A DNA stretch of 64,000 nucleotides from Octopus vulgaris (lineage: Eukaryota): contig OX597830.1 in the NCBI GenBank assembly GCA_951406725.2, positions 40,920,001 to 40,984,000 of the forward strand, in the 5' to 3' direction. Position numbers and translations under genes: made by a program. A model generated the notes under the pieces. It did no database searches. It saw only the letters and a program-made list of their open reading frames with translations, and was not told where the DNA came from. Each line of letters begins with the position of its first letter. The stretch's first letter is position 1. This document shows positions 1 through 11,165 of the stretch, piece by piece.

Positions 1-400
1 ATAATAAAATGCATTTACTACATATAGACTTCCATTTAAAACATCTTACAGGCTTAAAACTTAGTCACACATAACACAGCTTGTTGAAAATATTCAATGT
101 GTTACTTATTTCGTTTTTGGTTTTTAGTTAAGACTATTTTGTAAATAGGATGATCTTATTGTTTTAAACGAATTTCTATTTTAAAAGTTTCCACAAACAT
201 TTTTCTTTCCTATATGGTATCCAGCCCTTCTTTAAAATTCTATGATGTATATACTATTAGAAAAAAATTTTTACTTTCCACATCTGCCTACAAAAATATT
301 TTATTTGGGGTCTGTAATTTTAGCCTACATTTTCGTGTAATTATTTATTTACGTACATTTTCAGACTTGGAACAAACAAACAAACCTTAGACATTTAGCT

Positions 401-546
401 CAGTTATGGGCAACCAGCGGCCCGCGGGACTTTCTGAATGATACACCTGATGAGAGATTACCTTGAATTATTCTAATAGTGTGGCCTGTTTGATGATGGG
501 CCTTGTCTCATGCGGCCCGCTTCTAGAGAAAAGGTGTCCACACCCG
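401..546. mobile_element. hAT (Charlie/Buster-like) MITE
   Basis: Imperfect CAG-starting TIRs (cagttatgggcaacc / ggtgtccacacccg), internal gcggcccgc motifs, and an 8-bp TSD atttagct (393-400) / atttagat (547-554). Confidence 0.75.
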
Positions 547-1004
547 ATTTAGATATCTATTTCTTTTTTATTTAAACTGAAGAAGTTAAATTCTAGAAAG
601 TTTCCGAAGGGTTACCAAAATAATTCCTTAGGTTTAATTATTGGGTTTGATGAATTCAAACCTGAAGATTCATCTCTTAATTCATGCAGAGTTTTCTTTT
701 GATGGTGTATTTCTTTTAGCAGAGTGTAACAACGAAAAAAAGAAATGTAATATGTTCCTTCAGATTTTGTTATATTCCAGTGACAGAGTTAGAACGAGCT
801 GATTCAAAGTTTTTCCTTATTATATATAATCTTTGTTTATGAAACTAGCAATGCTTGGATAGACCTGCATCTCAGCAGATCTCCATTCGTATTGATCATG
901 TGTCTTCTCGTCTGTTTAGGAAACGTAACTTTCTCAGATTGGACTTCGCTGCTATTTCCTTAGTTTTTTTCCCCCCCATCCTTATTTGTTTCTTTCGCGT
1001 ATAC

Positions 1005-1170
1005 CCCACGTAGATATAAGTCAACGAAAGAAATTACTAGACATAGCAACCAAATCTCGGGATAAAGATACAATATGTCTCAAAAAATAAGGCAGAATTG
1101 TCACAGCTGGCGTGCGTTTCATTATAGATCTGATCCGTCAGGTTTGAACTGGGACTCAACCAGCTGTTCT
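1005..1170 (+). mobile_element. Interspersed repeat fragment (family 'ctagaaatagcagccaaatctc ... ctggggctaaacaacaac')
   Basis: Similar sequence recurs near 6230-6440(+), 19735-19900(-), 24135-24330(-) and 25480-25745(+); several copies end in an (AAC)n tail. Confidence 0.55.
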
Positions 1171-1207
1171 CAAGGAGACATATCTTCCCCTCTACCATAA
1201 ATGTGTG

Positions 1208-1211
<4 letters not shown>

Positions 1212-1261
<50 letters not shown>
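1212..1261. repeat. (TA)n microsatellite
   Basis: Direct inspection. Confidence 0.98.
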
Positions 1262-1263
<2 letters not shown>

Positions 1264-1498
1264 CGGTAAGCTTTATGAAAATAGACAAAAGACGAAGGCA
1301 GGTTTACTGAAATAAACAAAAGACGAAGGCAGGTGGAATACAAACAAACAATTGTATTAGTATGGCGCTCAGGAAATATAAATGAAACAAGTCTTTAACG
1401 TTTCGAGCCTACGCTCTTCAACAGAAAGATACACAGAGAAAAAAACACAGAAAGAAGGAGAGACAAAAATATGCGTGCAAAAGCTAGCGAATCAACAT
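1262..1498 (-). mobile_element. HHR-bearing Penelope-like 3' fragment between TA arrays
   Basis: Contains an HHR variant. Homologous to ~1940-2143(+) (shared gaagagc..gctcgaaa and tcc(t)tgagcg..ctaatac). Flanked on both sides by (TA)n. Confidence 0.65.
1392..1429 (-). ncRNA. Minimal type I hammerhead ribozyme, core variant (CUGUUGA)
   Basis: Minus strand: UCUUU-CUGUUGA-A-GAGC(GUAG)GCUC-GAAA-CG-U-U-AAAGA. 5-bp stem I, 4-bp stem II, ACGU palindromic stem III, A6->U substitution. Confidence 0.65.
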
Positions 1499-1760
1499 GT
1501 ATATATATATATATATATACACATGTATATGTATGTATATATATATGTGTATAATATATATATATATATACACACATGTATATGTATGTATATATATATG
1601 TGTATAATATATATATATATATATATACACACATGTATATGTATATATATATATGTGTATGTATGTATCTATATATGTATATATATGCATGTATGTATGT
1701 ATATATATGTATTTATATATATATATGCATACATGTCACACACACACACACACACACATA
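1499..1760. repeat. Compound (TA)n/(TATG)n/(CA)n microsatellite with a ~50-bp higher-order unit
   Basis: Direct inspection; the unit '...cacacatgtatatgtatgtatatatatatgtgtataat' is repeated. Confidence 0.95.
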
Positions 1761-1999
1761 GAGTAAGCTCATAAATGGAAAAAAAATGGTACTCCAATAC
1801 CAGAAGTAGAGTAATAAGCAGTAAAGATATCACAAAAACAGTATTTGTGATAATTTTGGTGCTTTTTACTGAAGTAATGTATCTATGTATGTATATATAT
1901 ATACATATATGTGTGTGTGTGTGTGTACAACCACATCTGAATCGTTGGCGATTTTTTTTCCTCTGTCTTCCTATTAAATTGAACTTTCCTCTGTCACCT

Positions 2000-2034
2000 G
2001 TTTCTAACGAAGAGCTTAGCTCGAAAATTAGAAC
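2000..2034 (+). ncRNA. Degenerate minimal hammerhead motif (probably inactive)
   Basis: GUUU-CUAACGA-A-GAGC(UUA)GCUC-GAAA-AU-U-A-GAAC. G5->A core change; AAUU palindromic stem III. Confidence 0.55.
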
Positions 2035-2170
2035 CACCTTTCTTTCCTTCCTTGAGCGTCTGCTAATACTTAGCTTGTACCATGTCCTCTCGAAGTTGTT
2101 TTTTCTTGTGTTTGTACTTCGTTTTTTATTTTGGATTTACTATGTATATATATATATCTTATTTTTTCAA

Positions 2171-2391
2171 CCGTTCTGATCATTTTGGCCACCATGGGTT
2201 TTGCAGTAAATCACTAAATCATCCATAACTTTTGTATTATCCTCTCAAATTACACCAAAATCTCAGGCAATAACAAATAATATCGTATTTATTGTCTGTG
2301 AAAATTATAGAATATAAAACAACTTTGATAAAAAATTATATCTACTTTTCTGACGAAAACAATGCCGTTCTGAACATTTTGGCCGCAACTG
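2171..2391 (-). mobile_element. Single IR/DR terminus of a Tc1-like DNA transposon
   Basis: The minus strand begins TA|CAGTTGCGGCCAAAATGTTCAGAACGG. The 20-bp motif ccgttctga(t/a)cattttggcc occurs at 2171-2190 and 2365-2384, ~195 bp apart, as in IR/DR-type Tc1 ends. Confidence 0.7.
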
Positions 2392-2761
2392 TATATATAT
2401 GTATGTATGTGTATATATAAATGTGTATATATATATATGACTATATATGTATATATATATAGGTATGTGTATGTATATATATGTGTGTATATATATATAT
2501 ATGTATATATATATATGTGTATGTATGTATATATATGTATATATATTTGTGTGTATATATGTATATATATATGTGTATATATTTATATATATATGTATAT
2601 ATATATATGTGTATATATGTATATATATATATGTATATATACATGTGTATTTATGTATGTATATATGTATATATGTGTATATATGTATATATATATGTAT
2701 ATATATATATATGTATATATATATGTGTATATATATATATATGTATATATGTGTATATATG

Positions 2762-2798
<37 letters not shown>

Positions 2799-2841
2799 GT
2801 ATATATATATATATATGGAGGTATACATATATGTGTATATG
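2392..2841. repeat. Long degenerate (TA)n/(TATG)n array
   Basis: Direct inspection. Confidence 0.98.
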
Positions 2842-2881
2842 TATCTGTAAATGTAATATGTGACAATCATTCGGTAGCCAA

Positions 2882-2941
2882 GTTAAAACTCCAAGTTTCG
2901 GATGCTGAGGTGGAAATCCATGCCACTAACCCTTCAGTTAT
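2882..2941 (-). ncRNA. Degenerate hammerhead in the left IR arm
   Basis: AUAA-CUGAAGG-...-CC-GAAA-CUUGGAG-U-U-UUAA. A9 is altered and stem I is partly mismatched. Confidence 0.5.
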
Positions 2942-3084
2942 CCGGCCATCGGAAAAATGCTATGAAAAATGACCGTTATACAAAGGGAAATTACTGTGAT
3001 ATTGACCGCTATGAAGATGAAAGAGCTATTTGAATGACCGCTATAGTAACGGTCATTTTTCATAGCATTTTTCCTATGGCCGGA

Positions 3085-3143
3085 ATAACTGAAGAGATTG
3101 TGGCGTGGATTTCCAATTCAGCATCCGAAACTCAGAGTTTTAT
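3085..3143 (+). ncRNA. Type I hammerhead motif in the right IR arm
   Basis: AUAA-CUGAAGA-(long imperfect stem II)-GAAA-CUC(A)GAG-U-U-UUAU. Core intact; stem I 4 bp. Confidence 0.65.
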
Positions 3144-3248
3144 CTTGGCTACCGAATAATTGTCACATATTACATTTACAGATAAATTCCTCTATTTGTA
3201 TAATATCGAGGTCTCTTTCTTCTTTTGTTATCTTACTGTTTTTTTCAA

Positions 3249-3347
3249 TATGTATATATATATATATGTATATGTGTATGTATATATATATATATATGTA
3301 TATATATATGTGTATGTATATATGTATATACATGTGTAAATATATGC

Positions 3348-3387
<40 letters not shown>

Positions 3388-3506
3388 AAATATATGTGTA
3401 TATATATATGTATATATATGTATATATACATATGTGTATATATATATATGTATACATATATGTATATATATATATATGTATACATATATGTATATATATG
3501 TATACA

Positions 3507-3558
<52 letters not shown>

Positions 3559-3715
3559 TGTATATATGTATATATATGTACATATGTATGTATATATGTA
3601 TATATATGTATATATATGTATATATATATGTGTATCTATATGTATATATGTATATATATGTATATATATATGTGTATAATATATATATATATGTGTAAAT
3701 ATATATATGTGTGTA

Positions 3716-3747
<32 letters not shown>

Positions 3748-3884
3748 ATATATATGTATATATACATATGTGTATATATATATACACATATGTATATATA
3801 CATATATATATATACATATGTGTATATATATATACACATATGTATATATACATATATATATGTATATATATATGTATATATATA
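3249..3884. repeat. Long degenerate (TA)n/(TATG)n array
   Basis: Direct inspection. Confidence 0.98.
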
Positions 3885-4116
3885 TTGACATTTAAATATG
3901 GCTAACCCCTAAGGGTGGATGCTACTGTAGCTCGTAGCCCTAGGAGGACACCTTTTCCAGCTGGCTATTGGCACTTTCTCCGTCCTATCAATATTTGCAA
4001 AGGGAAGCCATCCTTCCCGTCTTCAACCTATGATACACACGGACTCGAGTTTCTGGGTATTGGCCCTCATCAGCGTGTGACAATCACAGTTGTCGATGAA
4101 AAGTAGGTTCCCTTCG
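3885..4116 (-). mobile_element. ~230-bp HHR-bearing unit inserted in (TA)n (retrozyme-like or Penelope pLTR fragment)
   Basis: Island richer in GC and CpG, bounded by TA arrays on both sides, containing an intact HHR. Confidence 0.7.
4036..4079 (-). ncRNA. Type I hammerhead ribozyme, intact core
   Basis: CACACG-CUGAUGA-GGG(CCAAUA)CCC-A-GAAA-CUCGAG-UC|CGUGUG. Perfect 6-bp stem I, GUC cleavage triplet, palindromic stem III. Confidence 0.9.
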
Positions 4117-4168
4117 TATGTGTATATATATATATATATTTATATGTATATGTATATATGTATATGTA

Positions 4169-4225
<57 letters not shown>

Positions 4226-4292
4226 GTATATGTATGTATATGTATATATATATATCTATTTGTATATATGTATATGTATATATGTATGTATG

Positions 4293-4343
<51 letters not shown>

Positions 4344-4397
4344 GTATATATATATATGTGTGTATATGTTAATATATATATATGTATGTGTATGTAT
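4117..4397. repeat. (TA)n/(TATG)n array
   Basis: Direct inspection. Confidence 0.97.
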
Positions 4398-5271
4398 GAG
4401 AAACACTGGACAAAACAACAATGCATCCATATTTGTTGTCTTGTTTTTAAACCCAGCATATATTATTAATTTTCAGTAAATGGTTTTGCATATATATATA
4501 TATATATATATACAGTTGTTTTGAAAATTCAGTTTCCTATATAAATTAACATTGCATATTAAATAGATAATACTCAGCTCATTCTTTCTCTGTCACTAGA
4601 GGTCTGTTCTAGTTTTTATCCAAACTCTGAATTATGTAATTCTTCATTACATCTCTTTCTACACTTATCGTTTTAATTATGGTGGTTGTGGTGGTGGTGG
4701 TGGATTGGCAGAAATTTGTAGTGCATCAGATAACGTTTTGCAGTTTTTAACTATGACTCATGGTCTGAGTTCAAATACCATCAAGGTCGATTCTGACTTT
4801 ATCCTTCTGAAGTCATGAAATAAAAGTACGAAAGTTGATATTGTTTAACTGCACCACCTGCTTCTCTATCCTGAATAAATAATTTGTGGCCTTGTGCTTA
4901 TGTAAGAAGTCGTTATTTTAATTAATAGGCTACAACAGCTGTTCTTTTCTTGTGTTGCAACCTCACTGGTGTCAGTGGCACTAAAATTTAAATAAAAAAC
5001 AAAAAACAAGCACCCTGAACACTTAGGAAAGTCATCATCCAGCAATACAAACCATGCCAAAGATGACACTGGCCCTGCAGCTCATTGGTCCCTTGTCAAA
5101 TCATCCTACCCATGCTAGCGTGGAAAGCAAATGTTAAATGATAGAGATTTCCACTTCTCAGTTTGGAAAAATTGTTAGCTCATGGACAAAAGACCAAAAT
5201 GCCTTTAAATTCTGTGTTCAGATTCCTATAAGCTCAGCTTTAAAGGGTGATAAACTACAAATTAATTGAAT

Positions 5272-5335
5272 CAGTGATGCACAACCATTTTTGCACCACA
5301 GACCAGTTTCATGCAAGACAATTTTTCCATGACTG
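5272..5335 (+). mobile_element. hAT terminus resembling Charlie3/MER1
   Basis: cagtgatgcacaaccatttttgcaccacagaccagtttcatgcaagacaatttttcca resembles the MER1/Charlie3 end as I recall it; no alignment was run. Confidence 0.55.
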
Positions 5336-5398
5336 GTGGGGTGAAGGATCATGTGCATAGCAAAATACAATAAAGTGCATAATATATATTTTAATTAA

Positions 5399-5612
5399 GG
5401 TCGCGAGCTGGCAGAAACATTAGCATGCCAGGTGAAATGCTTAGCGGTATTTTGTCTGTCATTACGTCCTGAGTTCAAATTCCTCCAAAGTCGAATTTGC
5501 CTTTCATCCTTTCGAGGTCAATAAATTAAGTAGCAGTTGTATACTGGGGTTGATCTAATCGATTGGCCCCTTCCCCAAAAATTTTGGACCTTGTGCCTAG
5601 AGCAGAAAAGAA
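5399..5612 (+). mobile_element. tRNA-headed SINE, family A (Meta-domain-like core)
   Basis: gagctggcagaaac...gagttcaaatt (B box)...tttgcctttcatcctttcgaggtcaataaattaagta; more than 10 copies in the window. Confidence 0.85.
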
Positions 5613-8039
5613 TATATAATTTGATTATTACACATACAATACATATCATGGTATTGACCAGATAATTGGATGTTGTTACACATCACTGATCACAATGAAC
5701 TTTGTTTTAGCTTTCAAATGATACCACCCCACTGGATAGGCAAGCTGGCCAACATTATCTCTGGTTAGAATGCTAGTCCATTGCAGGGTTACTTATTTAC
5801 AGTGGAGTGGACTGGAGCAATGTGAAGTGAAGTGTTTTGCTCAAGAATGCAATGCATAGCATGTCTAAAATTCGAAACCATGATCTCATAGCTATTGGGA
5901 TTAATTTTAAATGCTTGTCTCTTTGAATCAAATCCCTTCCTCTCTATATGCATACTCAGTATAGTCTTATCAATGTGACCTTATTTCTCTGCACTAAGTT
6001 CAGATCCTACATAGACTAATTTACCTATTGTTTCTCAAAGGTTGATAGGAAAATGAAAGGAGTGATATCAGGTGAAAGTAGATAGAAAGAGAAAGAGTGG
6101 GAGAGATAGTTATAAAAATGTTGGTTCTCACTTGAGTCCAGTTTCTTAGTCTTATTAGGTGAAGGAGAGGTAAATGTCCCCCTGGATAAGATGCCCGTCT
6201 GTCATAAATAACATTCCAAAGGATTCCAAGCAATTCAATGAACTTGAACCAAAAAGAAGGAGCCACCACATAGTTGTTTTACCTACTAGAGTTAGCAGCC
6301 AAACTTCCCTGAAATTAAACCCTACCACCAAAAATAAGGACCTCATTAGATAGTCTTCCTACATACCAATGGAGGAATGCTTTTGATCATAGTTTTTTTC
6401 TTTTGCTTGATCAGTGTTGATCTGGGTTTAAACAACAAGAATTCAGGGAACTGTGATATTATCATTATTACCATCGCCACCACCACCACGATTTTACATC
6501 TGCATTCTATGTTGGTATGAGGTGGATATGTCATTATGGTCAGTGTTCTAATTTGGAATTAATATCCTCCAAGATGAGTCAAAAGATCAAGTCTCACTTG
6601 TATATTCTACTTTTGTTATGGGGGTCTACAGCTTGATGCTCTTTCTAACATCAAGAATCTCAGTGTGTATTGGATGCATTTGATTGTGGCACCAGCATCA
6701 AAGAGGTAGTCATGTACTCTATGAGACTAATGGGTCCTCTTGACCCTGTGTTATCTGTTCTCATCCTCCATCCACTTAAACACAGGTACGAAGTGCATTT
6801 CGTCATGACACCAGCACTAGTGAGGTTGCCATGTATCCTGAAAGGCTAAAGATACCTCACCAATTTCATGTAGTCTCTCCATTTGTTCTGTGCAATCTAA
6901 CAAAGAGAGTGAACAAAAAAGGGGCCAATAATGAAAGATGAATTAGGAAAGAGGGTGAAAGAAGCATGAGCATAAAGGGAGAAACAGAGTGTTTACCTCT
7001 TCCCCGAAAACTGGTTTTGTACCTAATCAAAAGAATCCCTTACTATGATTACATACATAAACAACTAAACAGCTAATTTTTGTTGTATAAGGTTAATCTT
7101 AATCTAGTGAACCTCACTCTACAAGCATTATTGTTCCTAAATTGTTCCCTTTATTTCGCCATTTAGCAGTACTATTATTCAATCTCATTTAAAAGATTGA
7201 TTTTTTCCCCCCCTCATAACTCATCATTGATTTCTTTTATTTTATTCTATTTATTTAATTATATTTTATTTTATATTCATTTAGTCATATTGTGATCTCT
7301 ACGTTTATTATAAAAAAACAAAAACTGTCTGAACAACAACAACAAAAAAAGAACCATTTAATTAGAAACATTAATATTTGGTCTTTAGCGCTCAGAAATA
7401 TCCTCGTCAAATAGTTACATAGTGACCAAAACTAGTACCACCACCATTACTACAAGCAACACCAGCTAATGATGAATTCTCTATGTGCTTACTTGACCTG
7501 CAAGAAATTGCAGTGAAACCCTTTTCGAATACCACCCTACTTTACCATCAACATCACCACCACCACTTTTTCATTTAATCATCCTGTTTTTTCTTTGTTT
7601 TTTTTTTTGTTATTTTTTTTTTCCAGTTCTTTCCTGTCAACTTATACTGATTGATGTGAGAGTTAGTGGGTGTGGATCATGGAAAGGCAAGAGAAAATAG
7701 AGGATTGTGCCCTGTTGTAGAGATTATTCAAAACACTCATATGGTTGGTCCCATAGGGTATAGACATCAACATATCACTAAGATTGATTGTCATAGTTTA
7801 TACATATATATTTACACACACATACACGTGTTTTATATTTTTTTTAAGAAAGCCAAAACAATGCCAGTTATAAGACATAATATAAGTTGATAGTTTGTAG
7901 TTTTATCTTGTATGTCAATATATCAGGGTTAAAACTCCTTCAGGAAATCTTCAGAGAAATGGTTTTCTGAGCTGACTTCTCTATTCTGTAGTGTGTTTAT
8001 ATGAAGGGTTGCTTTACATGCACAAGATAATGTTGCTTT

Positions 8040-8537
8040 AGTAGCCAGTCAACTGCACACACCTCTGTTCAGTTGTTAATATTTGGGGGGGTCTTGCTAA
8101 TTAAGATGGCTTCTTTTATTTGTATGTTCCCAATGTTTCATTCTGTAGCTTCAATAGAAACCTGGATGTTTTGCGTGTGGCATTCCCATAGGTATTTTTT
8201 GATGGAAGAAGCATAAGAATAAAGGTGTTCTTTTAACCCATATGTGTACTCATCTGATGGTTTTTTCCAATGCAGAATTCTTTACATTTGTTGCATGTGA
8301 TTTTATACACCACTTGGAACCTCAAACATACATTGTCTTCGTTGATCAGGCATTTTGCAATGTACATATAGCGTTGTTTTGTCTTGGCTCATTTTTAGTT
8401 GAGGATGGTCCTAAATTAATGATCCCTAGGCTTTGCATCAATGTCTTTTGGAGATACACCGATGTAAAACTTAAAGATTTCAGTGTGGCCTTACAATGTT
8501 TTTCATTATCTTCCCAAATATGTCTACATCTCTATAC
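8040..8537 (-). pseudogene. Penelope-like element ORF remnant, GIY-YIG endonuclease domain
   Basis: Minus-strand translation across frameshifts: VVYKITCNKCKEFCIGK/TIR*VHIWVK/EHL...IKEAILISKTPPNIN. This matches the PLE pattern VVYxIxCxxC..YIGxTxRxLxxRxKEH...EAxxI...PxIN. It may continue beyond the SINE at 8770-8960. Confidence 0.85.
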
Positions 8538-8769
8538 AGGCGGCGAGCTGGCAGAAACGTTAGCACGCCGGGTGAAATGCGTAGCCGTATTTCGTCTGTC
8601 GTTACGTTCCGAGTTCAAATTCCGCTGAGGTCGACTTTGCCTTTCATCCTTTTGGGGTCGATAAATTAAGTACCAGTTATGCACTGGGGTCGATCTAATC
8701 GACTTAATCTGTTTGTCTGTCCTTGTTTGTCCCCTCTGTGTTTAGCCCCTTGTGGGTAGTAAAGAAATA
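8538..8769 (+). mobile_element. SINE family A (young, CpG-rich) inserted at the Penelope remnant
   Basis: Near-consensus copy ggcggcgagctggcagaaacgttagcacgccggg...aaagaaata. Confidence 0.9.
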
Positions 8770-9247
8770 TATACACTATTGTTAGACAATTGTTACCCCC
8801 TATGCTGGGTTCATCTGTCCTTTTGACTAGTCTGTATTTGACCTCACTTGGCCAATCTGGTGGGTATGCCAGTTTAATCACCAAAAACCCAACAATGTAA
8901 CAGGATGTATTGATTTACATGTTGTCAGTAGAGTAACCTGACATAAAACATTTGTAGTGGAAATAAACTTACAACCCATGAACCGATGGCCCTATGCAAT
9001 AATTCTATTTAGGTAGTTTGCCTTTTTTCTTAATGTGTGTGGTGGTGAGGTGGGGTGGGGATAAAACTAAAAATTCTTTTCATATCAAAAGTCAATTGAA
9101 GTGATACAAAGTACAAGAAATCAATCTAATGAAAAATCATCAATATCTGTTTGTCTGTCTGCCCATCTGTCCATCCACGCCTGTCTATCTGTGTGTGTGT
9201 GTATTTATATATATACATATTATTATTATTATTATTATCTTTTATAT

Positions 9248-9635
9248 GGCAACCTGGCTGCATCATTAACATGCCAGACAAAATGCTTAACAGCATTTCT
9301 TATGTCCTTATATTCTGAGTTCAAATTTATCCCTTTCTGGGTCAATTAGGTAACTACCTGTTGAGCATTCCATCAAATTTCCAGGCCTTGTGCCTATAGT
9401 ATAAAGGCTTATCATCATCATCATCATCATCATCAAGGTGGCAAGCTGGCAGAATTGTTAGGATGCTGGGCAAAATGCTCTATGGCATTTCTTTTGGGTT
9501 TATGCTGATTTTCCACTGAGGTCAACTTCACCTCTCTTCCATTCAGGTTTGATAAAATAAGTACTGGGGTCAGTGTAACTGACTTACCCCACCTTCTCTC
9601 AAAATTACTCACCCTGTACCAAAATTTGAAACTGT
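9248..9635 (+). mobile_element. Two degenerate family A SINEs separated by (ATC)n
   Basis: Similarity to the 8538-8769 copy. Confidence 0.7.
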
Positions 9636-10512
9636 TATCATTTTTGCTATTATTTTAATCAATAAGAATGACAGTGTCTCAAAAGCCAAGAATTTCATAC
9701 ATGGCACTTCAGTAAAATGCCTGCTCTTGCCTTCCATTATCATACTTTCATGTCCCTCAGTACTATACCCTACTCACTTGTAGGGTGTTGTGGGTACTTG
9801 GGGGGGGGCATGAAAAAAAGCATCCAGTACACTCTGAAAAGTGGTTGCTGTTAGGAAGGGCATCCAGGTGTACAAACCATGACAAAGCACTCATTGAAGC
9901 TCTCTGGGTTGTTAGTTCATGTTGAACCGTCCAACCCATGACAGCATGGAAAAGAGGACATGATGGTTTTATATATATTATTATATACAGTCCAATGACT
10001 TTGAATTAGTAATGTTTTGGTAATGGTTTTCCATTGAATTTGTTATCAATTAAAATGCTTTATTCAGCTTGTCTTGTCAGCGTGATATAATGAAGTAGGC
10101 TAAATGCAATAAAGTATTTGTTACAATTTGTTTCTTAAAGCAGATTTATTCCCAAATCATTAATATTTTTTTCGCACCTTCTAGAGAGTCAAACACTTTG
10201 TTGTCAACTTCGTGTACATTACAACATAAGACCTGAAGTTTCTTTAGAAAATATTTCATTTGTTTGTTACTCTGTATGTTTTATCTATTTATTTATTTTT
10301 TGCATTTAAAAACATGTTTTGTAATTTATTTATTTGCTTTTATATTTTTATGAATTTATTGGGTGTTTCGGGCAGGGGGTGGGTGGGTTGTGTCTACTCA
10401 ATTTCATACACCCATGTAAAATATTAAGCTTTTAACTTTCAGTTAATTGGTGAAGCAGACAATATTAGTTTGAACTGAGTTAATAAGGTGCAGCTATGGG
10501 TGATAATAGGTA

Positions 10513-11165
10513 GAGGCATGTTTATGTGGTTGAGAAATTCAATTCCCAACTGTGTGATTTTAGGTTCAGTCCTAACGCATGACACCTTGAGCAAGAGTCT
10601 TCCACTAAAGTCTCAGGCTAACCAAAGTATTGTGAGCGGATTTAGTGGACAGAAATTGAAGAAAAAAATATACCCATCATGCGTGTTTGTATATGTGTTT
10701 TTGTGTATTTGGAGCATAGCTGTAACTTTGGCTTTATATATACAAAAAAGAGACCAGTATCCTGTTTTTCAAATAAGACCAGCTGTGTGAACCTGATTTT
10801 ATATAATCTGCTGGGAGACACACGGCTTGTTATATAACTCTGTAGTGTTGTATAAATTGTAGTGTTTCCACAGCATGAAACTACTAGTGGCTCATGTTTT
10901 AATTCTGTTTGTATTACATGACATATATATATATTTATGGAAAGAGGGATGGTGGTTGAGAGATATGTGTGTTTGTAGCTTCTCATCTTGTCATTGTACA
11001 ATAGCTGTAAATGAGCATCACCATCATACAAGTGGGAAAATATTATGGTGTTTGGAAATAAGTAAGGGCTGGTGACAGGAAGAGCATCTGACTGTAGAAA
11101 GTATGCTTCAACAAATTCTGTTTGACTCATGCAAGCATGAAAAGGTGGCTGTTAAAACACTGATG
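10513..11165 (+). mobile_element. Degenerate family B SINE head with RTE-type tail
   Basis: ggcatgtttatgtggttgagaa...ggttcagtcc...ccttgagcaag; tail catgcaagcatgaaaaggtggctgttaaa. Confidence 0.65.

Larger units (their letters stand above)
2842..3184. repeat. Long inverted repeat (arms 2842-2978 / 3047-3184) of an HHR-bearing element
   Basis: Arms are reverse complements with scattered mismatches (tatctgtaaatgtaatatgtgacaat... / ...attgtcacatattacatttacagata). Confidence 0.95.

Noticed and set aside
445-470. CTGATGAG inside the hAT MITE
   Set aside because: No downstream GAAA, stem II or stem I complement.
1382-4479. Many long ORFs rich in Y/I/M/C/V/H/T
   Set aside because: They are translations of (TA)n/(TG)n microsatellites, which lack stops; not genes. 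The same applies at 27.4-28.2k, 32k, 44.5-44.9k, 50.2k and 62-63k.
7930-7960. Minus-strand CTGAAGA/CTGAAGG downstream of the Penelope remnant
   Set aside because: This is the expected position for a pLTR HHR, but I could not build stems or a GAAA-UH.
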